Shown here one piece after another: positions 17,440 through 26,913 of a DNA stretch of 64,000 nt (its first letter is position 1; each line of letters begins with the position of its first letter). The translations under genes were made by a program, and so were the position numbers. The notes beneath the pieces were generated by a model. That model was not told where the DNA came from. It saw nothing but the letters and a program-made list of their open reading frames with translations, and searched no databases. Source of the DNA: Akkermansia sp. (lineage in GTDB: Bacteria > Verrucomicrobiota > Verrucomicrobiia > Verrucomicrobiales > Akkermansiaceae); contig JAZRKM010000046.1 of assembly GCA_045646325.1 (NCBI GenBank), positions 29,405 through 93,404 of the forward strand, read 5' to 3'.

Positions 17440-18855
17440 TTACGCTTTGGTGAGTTTGTAGCCGTCTTTGCCGTCTTTCATCGCCCAGCCCAGCTCGGCG
17501 AGCTTGCCTCGCAGAGCATCGGCCGTGGCCCAGTCCTTCGCCAGGCGGGCGGCCCAGCGCTCGTCGGCAATGGCTTTGATGTCGGCGGGTACTTCGATGT
17601 CGGCATCCGGGTCAGGCAGCTGCAGGCCCAGCGCCTCCATGATGAAGCGGAAAGCTCGCCATACATCGGCGGCAGCGGCGGCATCCAGCTCAGCGGGTTT
17701 GATACCTTTCATGGCACTGAACACATGGCCGAGAGCCTCCGGGCCGTTCAGGTCATCCTCCAAGCTGTCCCATGCGGGCTGGAACGCCCCGAGAGCAGGG
17801 GCCTTCTTCACGAGGTCGCGGTAGGTGGGTTCCTTGGCTCCGCTGACCTTAGCCAGTTCTTTGTCGAATCGGCCGAGCTTGTTGAGAGCGCTGGTGGCAT
17901 CTTTCATGCCGGTGAGGGTGAAGTTAAGCGGGCGGCGATAATAAGCACCGGCCAGCACATAGCGCAGGGCGGCGGGGGTGTAGCCCATCTCCTGCAGCTG
18001 GTCGAGGGTGTACATGTTGCCGAGACTCTTGCTCATCTTGGCGCCGTCCACCAACAGGTGGGTCACATGGAACCAGTGACGGGCGAACTCGCCACCGCAG
18101 GCACAGCGGCTCTGGGCAATCTCGTTCTCATGGTGCGGGAATACCAAATCCACGCCGCCGGAGTGCAGGTCGAAGGTGTCGCCCAGGTACTTGTGGCTCA
18201 TGGCGGAGCATTCCAGGTGCCAGCCGGGGCGCCCCTCACCCCAGGGCGAGGGCCAGAAGTTGGGGCCGTCTTCGGGGCGGCGGGCTTTCCACAGCACGAA
18301 GTCGGCCACGCTGTCCTTCTCGTACTCATCGGTATCTGCGCGGCTGTTGGCGGTTTTGCCGAGGTCGAGTTCCTGGCGGTCGAGGTGGGCCAGGCGACCG
18401 TAGTCGGCATAAGATGAAATGCGGAAGTAGACGGAACCGTCATCGCTCTGGTAGGCGTGCTGAGCATCGATGAGTTTCTGCACGATATCGAGCTGCTCTT
18501 TGATGTGGCCTACGGCGCTGGGTTCCACATGCGGGGTCAGGCAGTTGAGGGCCTTGCAGTCATCGTGGAACTTAGCCGTCCACTTGGCGGTGTATTCACC
18601 CAGCGGCATGCCCTGAGCCTGTGAGTTGCGGATGGTCTTGTCATCCACATCCGTCAGGTTGCGCACATGCTTGGTGCGCAGGCCGCCCAGCTCGACCACG
18701 CGGCGGAAAACATCCTGTACGACGAAGGTGCGGAAATTGCCGATATGCGCAGCAGCATACACGGTCGGGCCGCAACAGTAGAAGCGCAGCTGTTTGCCGT
18801 CTTCCGCCTGCACGGGCTTCATCGCCCCCGACTGTGTATCATATAAGTTTAACAT
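17440..18855 (-). CDS. cysS: Cysteine--tRNA ligase
   Basis: CGPTVY..AHIGNFR, GRPGWHLECSAM, HSGGVDLVFPHHENE, KMSKS. Confidence 0.98.
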   Translation of the reverse strand: MLNLYDTQSGAMKPVQAEDGKQLRFYCCGPTVYAAAHIGNFRTFVVQDVFRRVVELGGLRTKHVRNLTDVDDKTIRNSQAQGMPLGEYTAKWTAKFHDDCKALNCLTPHVEPSAVGHIKEQLDIVQKLIDAQHAYQSDDGSVYFRISSYADYGRLAHLDRQELDLGKTANSRADTDEYEKDSVADFVLWKARRPEDGPNFWPSPWGEGRPGWHLECSAMSHKYLGDTFDLHSGGVDLVFPHHENEIAQSRCACGGEFARHWFHVTHLLVDGAKMSKSLGNMYTLDQLQEMGYTPAALRYVLAGAYYRRPLNFTLTGMKDATSALNKLGRFDKELAKVSGAKEPTYRDLVKKAPALGAFQPAWDSLEDDLNGPEALGHVFSAMKGIKPAELDAAAAADVWRAFRFIMEALGLQLPDPDADIEVPADIKAIADERWAARLAKDWATADALRGKLAELGWAMKDGKDGYKLTKA

Positions 18856-18864
18856 AGCACGCAG

Positions 18865-18988
18865 ATTATGCGCTCATGCGCGCGCTGTGTCAAGGCCGCA
18901 TGTTGACAGCAGCGCACAAGTCGCCTGTTTTTTCGCCCGTTTTCCTTCAAACTTTCGGCTTGACAAAAGAAAGACAAACGTGTATATT
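18865..18988. promoter_or_regulatory. Divergent sigma70-type promoters for cysS and lepA
   Basis: cysS (-): TTGACA 18888-18893, 17 nt, CATAAT 18865-18870, 9 nt to ATG. lepA (+): TTGACA 18960-18965, 17 nt, TATATT 18983-18988, 9 nt to ATG. Confidence 0.8.
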
Positions 18989-18997
18989 CCCGCGCGC

Positions 18998-20803
18998 ATG
19001 GCTACGGATATCCGCTTCAAGAGAAACTTTTCCATCATTGCTCACATTGACCACGGCAAGACGACCCTTTCGGATCGTCTGCTGGAGTTCACTAACACCA
19101 TCGGCGAGCGCGACAAACAGGATCAGCTGCTCGATGCCATGGACCTGGAGCGCGAAAAAGGTATTACCATTAAATCGCACCCCGTGACCATGCGCTACAA
19201 GGCTAAGGATGGTAACACCTATGAGCTGAATCTGCTCGATACCCCCGGCCACGTGGACTTTTCTTACGAGGTGAGCCGCTCTCTCGCTGCCTGTGACGGT
19301 GCCGTGCTGATTGTGGATGCCGCTCAGGGTGTGGAGGCTCAGACTCTGGCCAACATGCACCTCGCCCTGGACCAGCAGCTCGAAATCGTGCCGGTGGTGA
19401 ACAAAATTGACCTGCCCAGCGCCAATCTGCCCAAGGTTTACAAGCAGCTTGAGGATGTGGTCTGCATTCCTCATGAGGAAGCGATTCTCTGCTCTGCCAA
19501 GGCCGGCATTGGTATTGAAGATGTGCTGGAGGCAATCGTGAGTCGTGTGCCTGCTCCCAAGCCGGCGGAAGATGATAAGCTGCGCGCGCTGGTGTTTGAC
19601 TCGGTGTATGACTCTTACCGCGGCGTGGTGTCCTATGTGCGCATGGTGAGCGGCACCGTATCGCGCGGCATGAAGGTCAAGCTCTTTGCTACGGATGAAA
19701 CGTACGAAGTGAAGGAAGTGGGTGTTTTCACCCCCAAGATGCAGGCGACCGACCAGCTCGAAACCGGCGATGTAGGCTATATCATCGCCAACATGAAGTC
19801 CGCCGCTGATGTGAAAATCGGTGACACCTACACCAACCTCGCTAACCCCTGCGCCGAGCCGCTGCCCGGTTTCAAGGAGATTCGCCCCATGGTGTTCTCC
19901 GGCATTTACCCGGTGGATTCCTCGGACTACGAGGCGCTGAAGGCCGCCATGGCCAAGCTGCAGATTAATGATGCGGCCTTCACCTACATGGGTGAGAGCT
20001 CCGTGGCCCTCGGTTTCGGTTTCCGCTGCGGTTTCCTCGGCCTGCTGCACATGGAGATTATCCAGGAACGCCTGCGCCGTGAGTTCAATATGGACGTCAT
20101 CTCCACCTATCCCTCCGTGATTTACGAGGTGACGAAGACTGATGGCTCGGAGATTCAGGTGGATAACCCCAGCATACTCCCCGACCCGCAGGAAATTCAG
20201 GAGATTCGTGAACCCATTGTCAAGGTGTTCGTGATGATACCTGCCGACTACATCGGCGATATCATGCGAATCGTGATGGAGAAACGCGGTGAAGTCGTGC
20301 ATACCGAGACGATTGACGACACGCGCGTGATGCTCACCTGCCGCATTCCCATGGCTGAAATCCTGGTGGACTTCAACGATAAGCTCAAATCGACCACACG
20401 CGGCTACGGCTCCATGGACTACGAGTACGATGGCTATCAGGCTGCCAAGCTCGTGAAGATGGACATGATGATTGCCGGTGAGCCGGTGGATGCGTTCTCG
20501 ATGATTGTTCACCGCGAGCGCGCTGAATCCCAGGGTCGCGAAATCGCGCTGAAGCTCAAGGATGTGATACCAAGACAGCTTTTCACCGTGGCCATTCAGG
20601 CCTGCATCGGCGGCAAGATTATTGCCCGTGAGAGCATCTCTGCCATGCGCAAGAACGTGACGGCCAAGTGTTACGGCGGTGACGTGACCCGTAAGCGCAA
20701 GCTGCTTGAAAAGCAGAAGGAGGGTAAGAAGCGCATGAAGTCCATCGGCCGTGTGAACATCCCGCAGGAGGCCTTCATCAACGTGCTCAAGACCGGCGAT
20801 TGA
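18998..20803 (+). CDS. lepA: Elongation factor 4
   Basis: NFSIIAHIDHGKTTLSDR, RGITIK-like segment, DTPGHVDF, GFRCGFLGLLH, RKNVTAKCYGGDVTRKRKLLEKQKEGKKRMK. Confidence 0.98.
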   Translation: MATDIRFKRNFSIIAHIDHGKTTLSDRLLEFTNTIGERDKQDQLLDAMDLEREKGITIKSHPVTMRYKAKDGNTYELNLLDTPGHVDFSYEVSRSLAACDGAVLIVDAAQGVEAQTLANMHLALDQQLEIVPVVNKIDLPSANLPKVYKQLEDVVCIPHEEAILCSAKAGIGIEDVLEAIVSRVPAPKPAEDDKLRALVFDSVYDSYRGVVSYVRMVSGTVSRGMKVKLFATDETYEVKEVGVFTPKMQATDQLETGDVGYIIANMKSAADVKIGDTYTNLANPCAEPLPGFKEIRPMVFSGIYPVDSSDYEALKAAMAKLQINDAAFTYMGESSVALGFGFRCGFLGLLHMEIIQERLRREFNMDVISTYPSVIYEVTKTDGSEIQVDNPSILPDPQEIQEIREPIVKVFVMIPADYIGDIMRIVMEKRGEVVHTETIDDTRVMLTCRIPMAEILVDFNDKLKSTTRGYGSMDYEYDGYQAAKLVKMDMMIAGEPVDAFSMIVHRERAESQGREIALKLKDVIPRQLFTVAIQACIGGKIIARESISAMRKNVTAKCYGGDVTRKRKLLEKQKEGKKRMKSIGRVNIPQEAFINVLKTGD

Positions 20804-20804
20804 T

Positions 20805-21284
20805 ATGCCCGCACCGGTGCGCATCGAGCTCAAAGAGCGGTACCCCTGGTACTGGCAGGGGCTGTTGCTGATGTTTGCGCTGGTATTGCTTACCGCTGCC
20901 GGGTGGTTATTTTACCATCGGGCAGCGATGGGGGCCGGGTGGTTTTTGCCGGTCATTCCCTTGATTCCGGGGGCAGGGGCTACTGTTGCTTTATTGTACC
21001 AGCGCTACGGGCAGAAATACCTGCTCATGTCGCGCGAGGTGACAAGCTATCACTTCCGTTTTTTCGGTATCAGCCGGGCTCGTGAGTTTGCTACCCACAG
21101 ATGTTCCCTGAGTGTGAAGTCGCGCCTCCTCAACCACCATGATGACTCCGGCGTTCAGACGATGTACGCCGTCTTGCTTTCGGCCGATGGCTTGCAGCAG
21201 GAACTCGCCGAATTTCATAGCGAGACGAAGGCTGTGCAGCTTTGCAAACAGATTGAGCAACAACGCGATATGTTGCTGTCCTGA
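20805..21284 (+). CDS. Hypothetical membrane protein (2 TM plus soluble domain)
   Basis: Two hydrophobic segments; starts 1 nt after the lepA stop. Confidence 0.65.
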   Translation: MPAPVRIELKERYPWYWQGLLLMFALVLLTAAGWLFYHRAAMGAGWFLPVIPLIPGAGATVALLYQRYGQKYLLMSREVTSYHFRFFGISRAREFATHRCSLSVKSRLLNHHDDSGVQTMYAVLLSADGLQQELAEFHSETKAVQLCKQIEQQRDMLLS

Positions 21285-21775
21285 TGGCGTACGACCCGCA
21301 GTTTCATGATTACAAGGCTGAATCTCCGAACTTCTGGCTCGGTGTCGTAGCGGCTCTGCTGATATTGTGTGGGTTTGCCTGGGAGTTTGCCGGTTTTCTT
21401 TTATCCGTGTATCAGGAACGGAAACTATTGGTCGAACCGGTGGCGGGAAAACTGCTCGATTATGGCCCGTCGGGGGAGGGGTATGCTACCTATATTGTCG
21501 CGGAGTTTCAATATGGGGGAAAGCTCTATACCCTTGATAGCCGAGAGCAATCCGTTACGTCTGCCAAAGGCAAAACAATCCCGTTGCGAGAGGTGTGCCA
21601 TGATGATTATTCAACCATTAGCATCTACGTCAACCCGGAGGACCCGCAGCAATCCCGTATTACCCGCCGTGTCGGGAGTGGCCTGATAGTCATCTGTGTG
21701 TCGGTGTTGCTGGTCTGGTGTGGTATGCTCGGCTGGGTCTTGCTCTGTGTGTATCGACATTTCCGCCCATGCTGA
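21284..21775 (+). CDS. Hypothetical membrane protein, DUF3592-like topology
   Basis: TM, beta-rich loop (ISIYVNPEDPQQSRI), TM; TGATG coupling to the upstream gene. Confidence 0.6.
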   Translation: MAYDPQFHDYKAESPNFWLGVVAALLILCGFAWEFAGFLLSVYQERKLLVEPVAGKLLDYGPSGEGYATYIVAEFQYGGKLYTLDSREQSVTSAKGKTIPLREVCHDDYSTISIYVNPEDPQQSRITRRVGSGLIVICVSVLLVWCGMLGWVLLCVYRHFRPC

Positions 21776-21795
21776 GGGGGGATGAGGTATAAACA

Positions 21796-21845
21796 ACTGA
21801 CGGCCCTTAACCCCGGAAACTTTCCGAAAGTCGAGAGCCGTCAGT
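21796..21845 (-). terminator. Long hairpin terminator after GH57
   Basis: ACTGACGGC/GCCGTCAGT arms, extended by G.U pairs on the minus strand and followed by UGUUUAU; lies between convergent genes. Confidence 0.65.
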
Positions 21846-21865
21846 CTGCCTGCCTTAAGCTAATG

Positions 21866-23050
21866 TCAGGCGGTGGTGGCCTTGCTGGCCTTGTGGATGA
21901 GCTCTGCCTCCTGCTTGACGCGAATCTGCAGGTCAGCCAGCGCATTCATGTAGTAAATGTACGCATCGTAGGGCGACGGATAGGGGGTAAAGCCGTTGCT
22001 CTTTTCCATGTAGTGGAAGTGGTCAGCGCTCTGCAGCTTGCGCCATACGTGAATCATATCGCGGTCCTCGCTGGCTTTCACCGGGGTCTCAAGGTCATAG
22101 ATTTTCTTGAGAGCCTCCTTCTGCATGGCGTTGCCGTTCCAGTGAGTGGTGGTGCCGAAGGTGGAGCAGCTCACGGGGGACGGAACATCAAGCGTACCGG
22201 TTGAGGGGAAGGTGCGTACGCACTCCGTCGGGGTCATGAAGTTGTTGCCGGCGAAGAGGGCGGCCATAATCATGCTGCGCCAGAACTCGAACACACCCGT
22301 GGTGTCGGGCTGGCGTTCGCCGAGTGTCTCGTAGTCCATGGAGAGGTTAACCACCTGTCCCTGCTGCTGGCTGAGCCAGTCGGCAAAGGTGTAGGGGGAG
22401 AGGGGGTACTCGCTCCAGCTGGGGTCGGTACGGCGGTTGGCCAGGTCGTTGGAGAGGTGGCGGTTACGCACCAGAGTCTTGGTCTTGGCGATGAGCGGTG
22501 CACACTGCAGCTCGTTGGGGTGCAGGTTGGACATCATGCGGCTGCTGCCATCAGCCACGATTCCCTCGAAACCCATGTCATAGGCCTGGGCGGCAATGGC
22601 GTTGCTGTAGAGCATGCCGGTGTTCCAGAGTACGGTCGGGCGCTGGCCGAAGAGCTCCCCGATGAGGTCGCAGTGTTCCTCCACCTGCTCGGCGAATTCT
22701 CCCGTGGAGTAGAGCGAGGCCAGAGAGGCATAGTACGGCATGGCCAGGAACTCCACGCAACCGGTCTCTGCCAGCTCCCGGAAGGAGGTGATGAGGTCGG
22801 GGCGGTGGTATTTGGCCTGCTCGAGTATCACGCCGGAGATAGCGAGTGAGAACTTAAACTTGCCGTCCGACAGCTCGATAAGCTGCTTCATCAGTCGATT
22901 GGCCGGCAGGTAGCAGCGCTCGGCCACCTCGCTGAGCACTCGACCGTTCATGTGGTCATCCTCATAGAAAGCGTGCTCGCCGATTTTGAAGAAGTCGTAC
23001 GGTATCAGTCGGTTCGGCTGGTGCGCGTGGAAGGTGAGTGAGATATTCAT
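21866..23050 (-). CDS. Glycoside hydrolase family 57, alpha-amylase-like (predicted nucleophile substituted)
   Basis: FHAHQP, VEFLA, MDYETLGE, WRKLQSADHF.YM, SPYDAYIYYMNAL motifs. Confidence 0.9.
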   Translation of the reverse strand: MNISLTFHAHQPNRLIPYDFFKIGEHAFYEDDHMNGRVLSEVAERCYLPANRLMKQLIELSDGKFKFSLAISGVILEQAKYHRPDLITSFRELAETGCVEFLAMPYYASLASLYSTGEFAEQVEEHCDLIGELFGQRPTVLWNTGMLYSNAIAAQAYDMGFEGIVADGSSRMMSNLHPNELQCAPLIAKTKTLVRNRHLSNDLANRRTDPSWSEYPLSPYTFADWLSQQQGQVVNLSMDYETLGERQPDTTGVFEFWRSMIMAALFAGNNFMTPTECVRTFPSTGTLDVPSPVSCSTFGTTTHWNGNAMQKEALKKIYDLETPVKASEDRDMIHVWRKLQSADHFHYMEKSNGFTPYPSPYDAYIYYMNALADLQIRVKQEAELIHKASKATTA

Positions 23051-23077
23051 GTTTTCCTTGCGGGGTAAGGGGTTCTT

Positions 23078-24376
23078 TTACCAGCCGAGCACGTGGTGAT
23101 AGACGCGCAGCATCTTGTCAGCCGCCGTCTCCCAGTTGGAGTTCTTAATGTCCTGGGCGCTCTGCTCGGCAACCTTGCGGTAGAGCTCTTCATCGGTGAT
23201 GAGGTCAACGATGTGTTTGGCCATCATGTTCACATCCCAGAAGTCGGCTTTCAGTGCACCCTTCATGACTTCAGCCACGCCGCTCTGCTTCGAGATGACG
23301 GCCGGTATGTTGAATTGGGCGGCTTCGAGGGCGGACAGGCCGAAGGGCTCAGACACCGAGGGCATGCAGTACACATCGGTCATGCTCAGCAGCTCGTTCA
23401 CCTTCTGCTTGTTGAGGAAACCCGTGAAGTGGAATCGGTCACCCACGCCGTGGAAGGCCCCCGTCTCGATGAGCTGGCGCAGTTTTTCACCCGTGCCGGC
23501 CATCACAAAGCGCACGTTGTCAGTCTGCTCAAGCACCTTGGCAGCAATTTGCAGGAAGAACTCCGGCCCCTTCTGTGCCGTCAGACGGCCCAGGAACAGT
23601 ACCAGTTTCTCCGGGAACTTCTTCTTGGTGTGGAAGACATGCACCGGGTCGGCACCGTTGTGCACGGGGAATATCTTGGCGGGGTCAATGCCGTAGTGAC
23701 CCGCTGCCACCGTGCCCGTGTATTTCGATACGGGAATCACCGCGTCTGCCTGCTCCATGCCGTATTTCTCGATGTCGTATATCCAACCGCGGGCATCAGC
23801 CCCCGCTCGGTCGAATTGAGAGGCGTGCAGGTGCACCACCAACGGTTTGCCCGTGGCTTTCTTCACCTCCACACCGGCCAGGTAGGTCATCCAGTCATGC
23901 GCATGCACCACGTCGAAATCGTAGTTGCGCGCCATGACAGCACAGATTTTAGAGAACTCAATCACCTTGCGAGCCAGGTCGCCGGCGTACAAATCCTCCT
24001 TGCCGGTGAAGAGTGCCAAATCAGCCTTGTGTACCTTCGAGAAGAGCAGTTTACCCTCTTTCGTGAAGACGATGTTACCGGGGGTGCCTTCTTCGCAGGC
24101 ATAGGGGTCGAGATTGACCGGGGCCTTGCCCACTACAGAGAAACTCTCATACGTGTACCCCTCTTCCAGGGTCTCCATTTCCTGGTATTCCAGATTGTTG
24201 ATACCCACCAGACCGAAACCGTCATACTTTGCACCGGGTTTCGCTTTGGGAACAATGACAGACAGGTCAACCTTCTGCGACAGCGCACGGGAAATTCCCA
24301 TGCAGGCAACACCCAACCCACCGTTGATGAGCGGCGGGAACTCCCAGCCTAATTTCAATACTTTTATCCTTCTCAT
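23078..24376 (-). CDS. Glycosyltransferase family 4 (glycogen synthase-like)
   Basis: GWEFPP...GGLGVAC, HAHDWMT, FLGRLTAQKGPE, MPSVSEPFGLSALEA. Confidence 0.9.
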   Translation of the reverse strand: MRRIKVLKLGWEFPPLINGGLGVACMGISRALSQKVDLSVIVPKAKPGAKYDGFGLVGINNLEYQEMETLEEGYTYESFSVVGKAPVNLDPYACEEGTPGNIVFTKEGKLLFSKVHKADLALFTGKEDLYAGDLARKVIEFSKICAVMARNYDFDVVHAHDWMTYLAGVEVKKATGKPLVVHLHASQFDRAGADARGWIYDIEKYGMEQADAVIPVSKYTGTVAAGHYGIDPAKIFPVHNGADPVHVFHTKKKFPEKLVLFLGRLTAQKGPEFFLQIAAKVLEQTDNVRFVMAGTGEKLRQLIETGAFHGVGDRFHFTGFLNKQKVNELLSMTDVYCMPSVSEPFGLSALEAAQFNIPAVISKQSGVAEVMKGALKADFWDVNMMAKHIVDLITDEELYRKVAEQSAQDIKNSNWETAADKMLRVYHHVLGW

Positions 24377-24573
24377 AACTTTCCTCATTGTTTCGTTGGT
24401 TTTCCTGCACACTGTGACTTTTGTCCCAGTGTCTGCCCTATTAAACACTTTTGTACAGCACTTGTAAAGCCTAAAGTGCGGAACTTCAGGCAAAAACCTG
24501 CCATAACACTATGTTTTTGAGGAAATTCGGGCATGACTAACAAAATTTGTCACGCAGCCGAGCAGCGGAAGCA

Positions 24574-24780
24574 TCAATTTTCCTGATTGGCACGCCGTAT
24601 GTCTTGCAGAGCTTCGATGAAGTCGTCAAGAATTTCGGCGGGCACCATAATTCGGTCGCGGTTGGAGCTCACTTTTTCCGTAATACGAACCACCCTACCT
24701 CTGGCATTGCTTTTGAGGTCGATGAAAAAGGTCTTGCGATCCGCGATGATTTTTTCTGTGCAAATGATATCGTCTTCCAC
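24574..24780 (-). CDS. Single-repeat PUR (Pur-alpha-like) nucleic-acid-binding protein
   Basis: KTFFIDLKSNARGRVVRITE...RDRIMVPAE matches the PUR repeat pattern; GTG start. Confidence 0.8.
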   Translation of the reverse strand: MEDDIICTEKIIADRKTFFIDLKSNARGRVVRITEKVSSNRDRIMVPAEILDDFIEALQDIRRANQEN

Positions 24781-24978
24781 TTTTCTGAACGGGCCGCGCG
24801 GTTGTACGCTCCCTTACTGACATACTATATCACGCGTGAGGTTGAGTCAATAAATAAATGGAAAATCGGGCAGAGTTTATGTAAAAAAAGGCTAAAAAAG
24901 CGGCTGCCCGCATGTGCTGCGCGAGATTGTACTTGATTTTTGCGCATGAAAAGGGCATACTAACCTGCACGAAGGGGT

Positions 24979-25968
24979 ATGATTCGCATCTATTCACAAT
25001 CGGAGCAGGGAATAACCCGCACGGTCGGCCTGGAGGAGCAGGGCGGACATGTTGGCGGAATTTTCTGGATTGACTTGCTGACCCCCACGGCTGAGGAGCT
25101 GCGCTATGCCGAAACTCTTTGCGCCATTGAAATGCCCACCAAGGATGAAATGCGCGAAATTGAGGCTACATCCCGACTGTACTGTGAAGACGGTGCGCGC
25201 TTCATGACCACCACCGTGCTCTCCCGTGTGGAGACGGATGAACCTATCATTGCTGAAATCACTTTCATCCTGAAGGAACGGGTGCTTATCACCATTCGTC
25301 ATACGGATTCGTACTCCTTCCGCATGTTCGCTCAGCAACTGCTGCGCCGTCAGGACACCAACCGCGACCTGGTCTTCATCGGTCTGCTGGAATCTCTGGT
25401 AGACCGCCAGGCAGACGTTCTTGAGCGTTTCGGTGCTGACCTCGACTCTCTTTCCAAGAAAGTGTTTCTGTCGCCCCGCCGCCGCCGGGAGAAAGAAGAA
25501 TCCCCCGATACGGATGACCTGCGTGATGCTCTTGAAGAACTTGGCCGAGTGGGTGACCTTATTACCCGGCAGCGAGATGCACTGGTCAACCTGCTGCGCA
25601 TGATTACCTTTGCCGGCAACGAGGATTCGTGCGGTGGCGCACATGACAGCCTGTATGTGCCGCTGCGTCCCGTTTCGCGAGACGTAAACTCGCTGTCGGA
25701 ATACGCCTCTTTCCTGTCCAATAAAATTAACTTCATGCTTGATGCCGTGCTCGGCCTCATCAATATCGAGCAGAACGACATCGTGAAGGTTTTCACCATC
25801 ATGAGCGTGGTATTTCTGCCGCCCACGCTTATCGCCAGTATATTCGGCATGAACTTCGACCACATGCCCCTGCTGCACTCACCCTGGGGGTTCTGGATTT
25901 CGATTGTCATGATGATACTGGCAGGTGCTATCCCTCTTATCATCTTCAAACTCAAACGCTATATCTGA
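24979..25968 (+). CDS. corA: CorA-family Mg2+/Co2+ transporter
   Basis: WIDL..PT, EIEATSR, PPTLIASIFGMNF (GMN signature), two C-terminal TM helices. Confidence 0.95.
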   Translation: MIRIYSQSEQGITRTVGLEEQGGHVGGIFWIDLLTPTAEELRYAETLCAIEMPTKDEMREIEATSRLYCEDGARFMTTTVLSRVETDEPIIAEITFILKERVLITIRHTDSYSFRMFAQQLLRRQDTNRDLVFIGLLESLVDRQADVLERFGADLDSLSKKVFLSPRRRREKEESPDTDDLRDALEELGRVGDLITRQRDALVNLLRMITFAGNEDSCGGAHDSLYVPLRPVSRDVNSLSEYASFLSNKINFMLDAVLGLINIEQNDIVKVFTIMSVVFLPPTLIASIFGMNFDHMPLLHSPWGFWISIVMMILAGAIPLIIFKLKRYI

Positions 25969-25978
25969 CACACTCGCC

Positions 25979-26887
25979 ATGATCAGCACACGAAAGGTCA
26001 TTAAACCCGAAGAGGAAATCCGCAAGGCCGACATTCTCATCGAGGCTTTGCCCTACATGCAGTCCTACCGCGATAAAACCATTCTCATTAAGTTCGGCGG
26101 CTCCGCTATGGATGACCCTGAGCTGGTGAAGTCGCTCATGCGTGATATTGTGGTGCTCGAAGCCATGGGCATGAACCCCGTTGTGGTACACGGCGGTGGT
26201 AAGGCCATCTCGAAGGCCATGACGGAGGCCGGCCTTGAGGCTCGTTTCGTTAACGGTCTGCGCGTCACAACGCCCGAGGCTATTGACATCGTGGAGCGTA
26301 CGCTTTCCGGCACCATCAATCCCGGTCTGGTGGAAATGATGCGCGCCGCCGGCGGCAAGGCTGTCGGTATTCCCGGTACGAATGTCTTTGTGGGCGAAAA
26401 ACTGATGGAGAAAGATGCCGAGGGCAACCCCGTCGATATCGGCATGGTGGGCCGAGTCATCGGTAGCCAGCTCAGCCGCGTTGAGGAGGCGCTCTCCCTG
26501 CAGCTTACCCCTGTGATTTCCCCGCTTGCCCGTGAGCTGGGTACACGCCAGTCGCTCAATGTGAATGCCGACCTTGCGGCTGCTGCGCTTGCCTGTGAGC
26601 TGAAACCTGTTAAACTCGTCTACATTTCCGATGTGCCCGGTCTGATGCTCGACCCGAAGGACCCCACCACCATCGTGAAGAGTATCAATCGTAAGGAGGC
26701 TTTCCAGCTGATTGATGAAGGCGTGATTTCCGGCGGCATGATACCCAAGGTGAAGAGCGCGGTGGATGCGCTGAACGCCGGCGTGCGTAAGGTACACTTT
26801 GTGGACGGCCGTTTGCCGCACACTCTGCTGCTCGAAATCTTCACGCCCGAAGGTATCGGCACCGAAATTGTGCGCGAACAGCGCTGA
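25979..26887 (+). CDS. argB: Acetylglutamate kinase
   Basis: IKFGGSAM, VVVHGGG, GLRVT, NVNAD, SDVPG, GGMIPKV. Confidence 0.96.
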   Translation: MISTRKVIKPEEEIRKADILIEALPYMQSYRDKTILIKFGGSAMDDPELVKSLMRDIVVLEAMGMNPVVVHGGGKAISKAMTEAGLEARFVNGLRVTTPEAIDIVERTLSGTINPGLVEMMRAAGGKAVGIPGTNVFVGEKLMEKDAEGNPVDIGMVGRVIGSQLSRVEEALSLQLTPVISPLARELGTRQSLNVNADLAAAALACELKPVKLVYISDVPGLMLDPKDPTTIVKSINRKEAFQLIDEGVISGGMIPKVKSAVDALNAGVRKVHFVDGRLPHTLLLEIFTPEGIGTEIVREQR

Positions 26888-26913
26888 AATCAGCAGAAAC
26901 CGCTCGCCCGGCC

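Noticed and set aside
16678-20833. Long antisense ORFs (579 aa at 16678-18417 +; 628 aa at 18947-20833 -)
   Set aside because: They mirror cysS/queF/queC and lepA. Long open antisense frames are expected from GC-rich codon bias, and the translations have no motifs.
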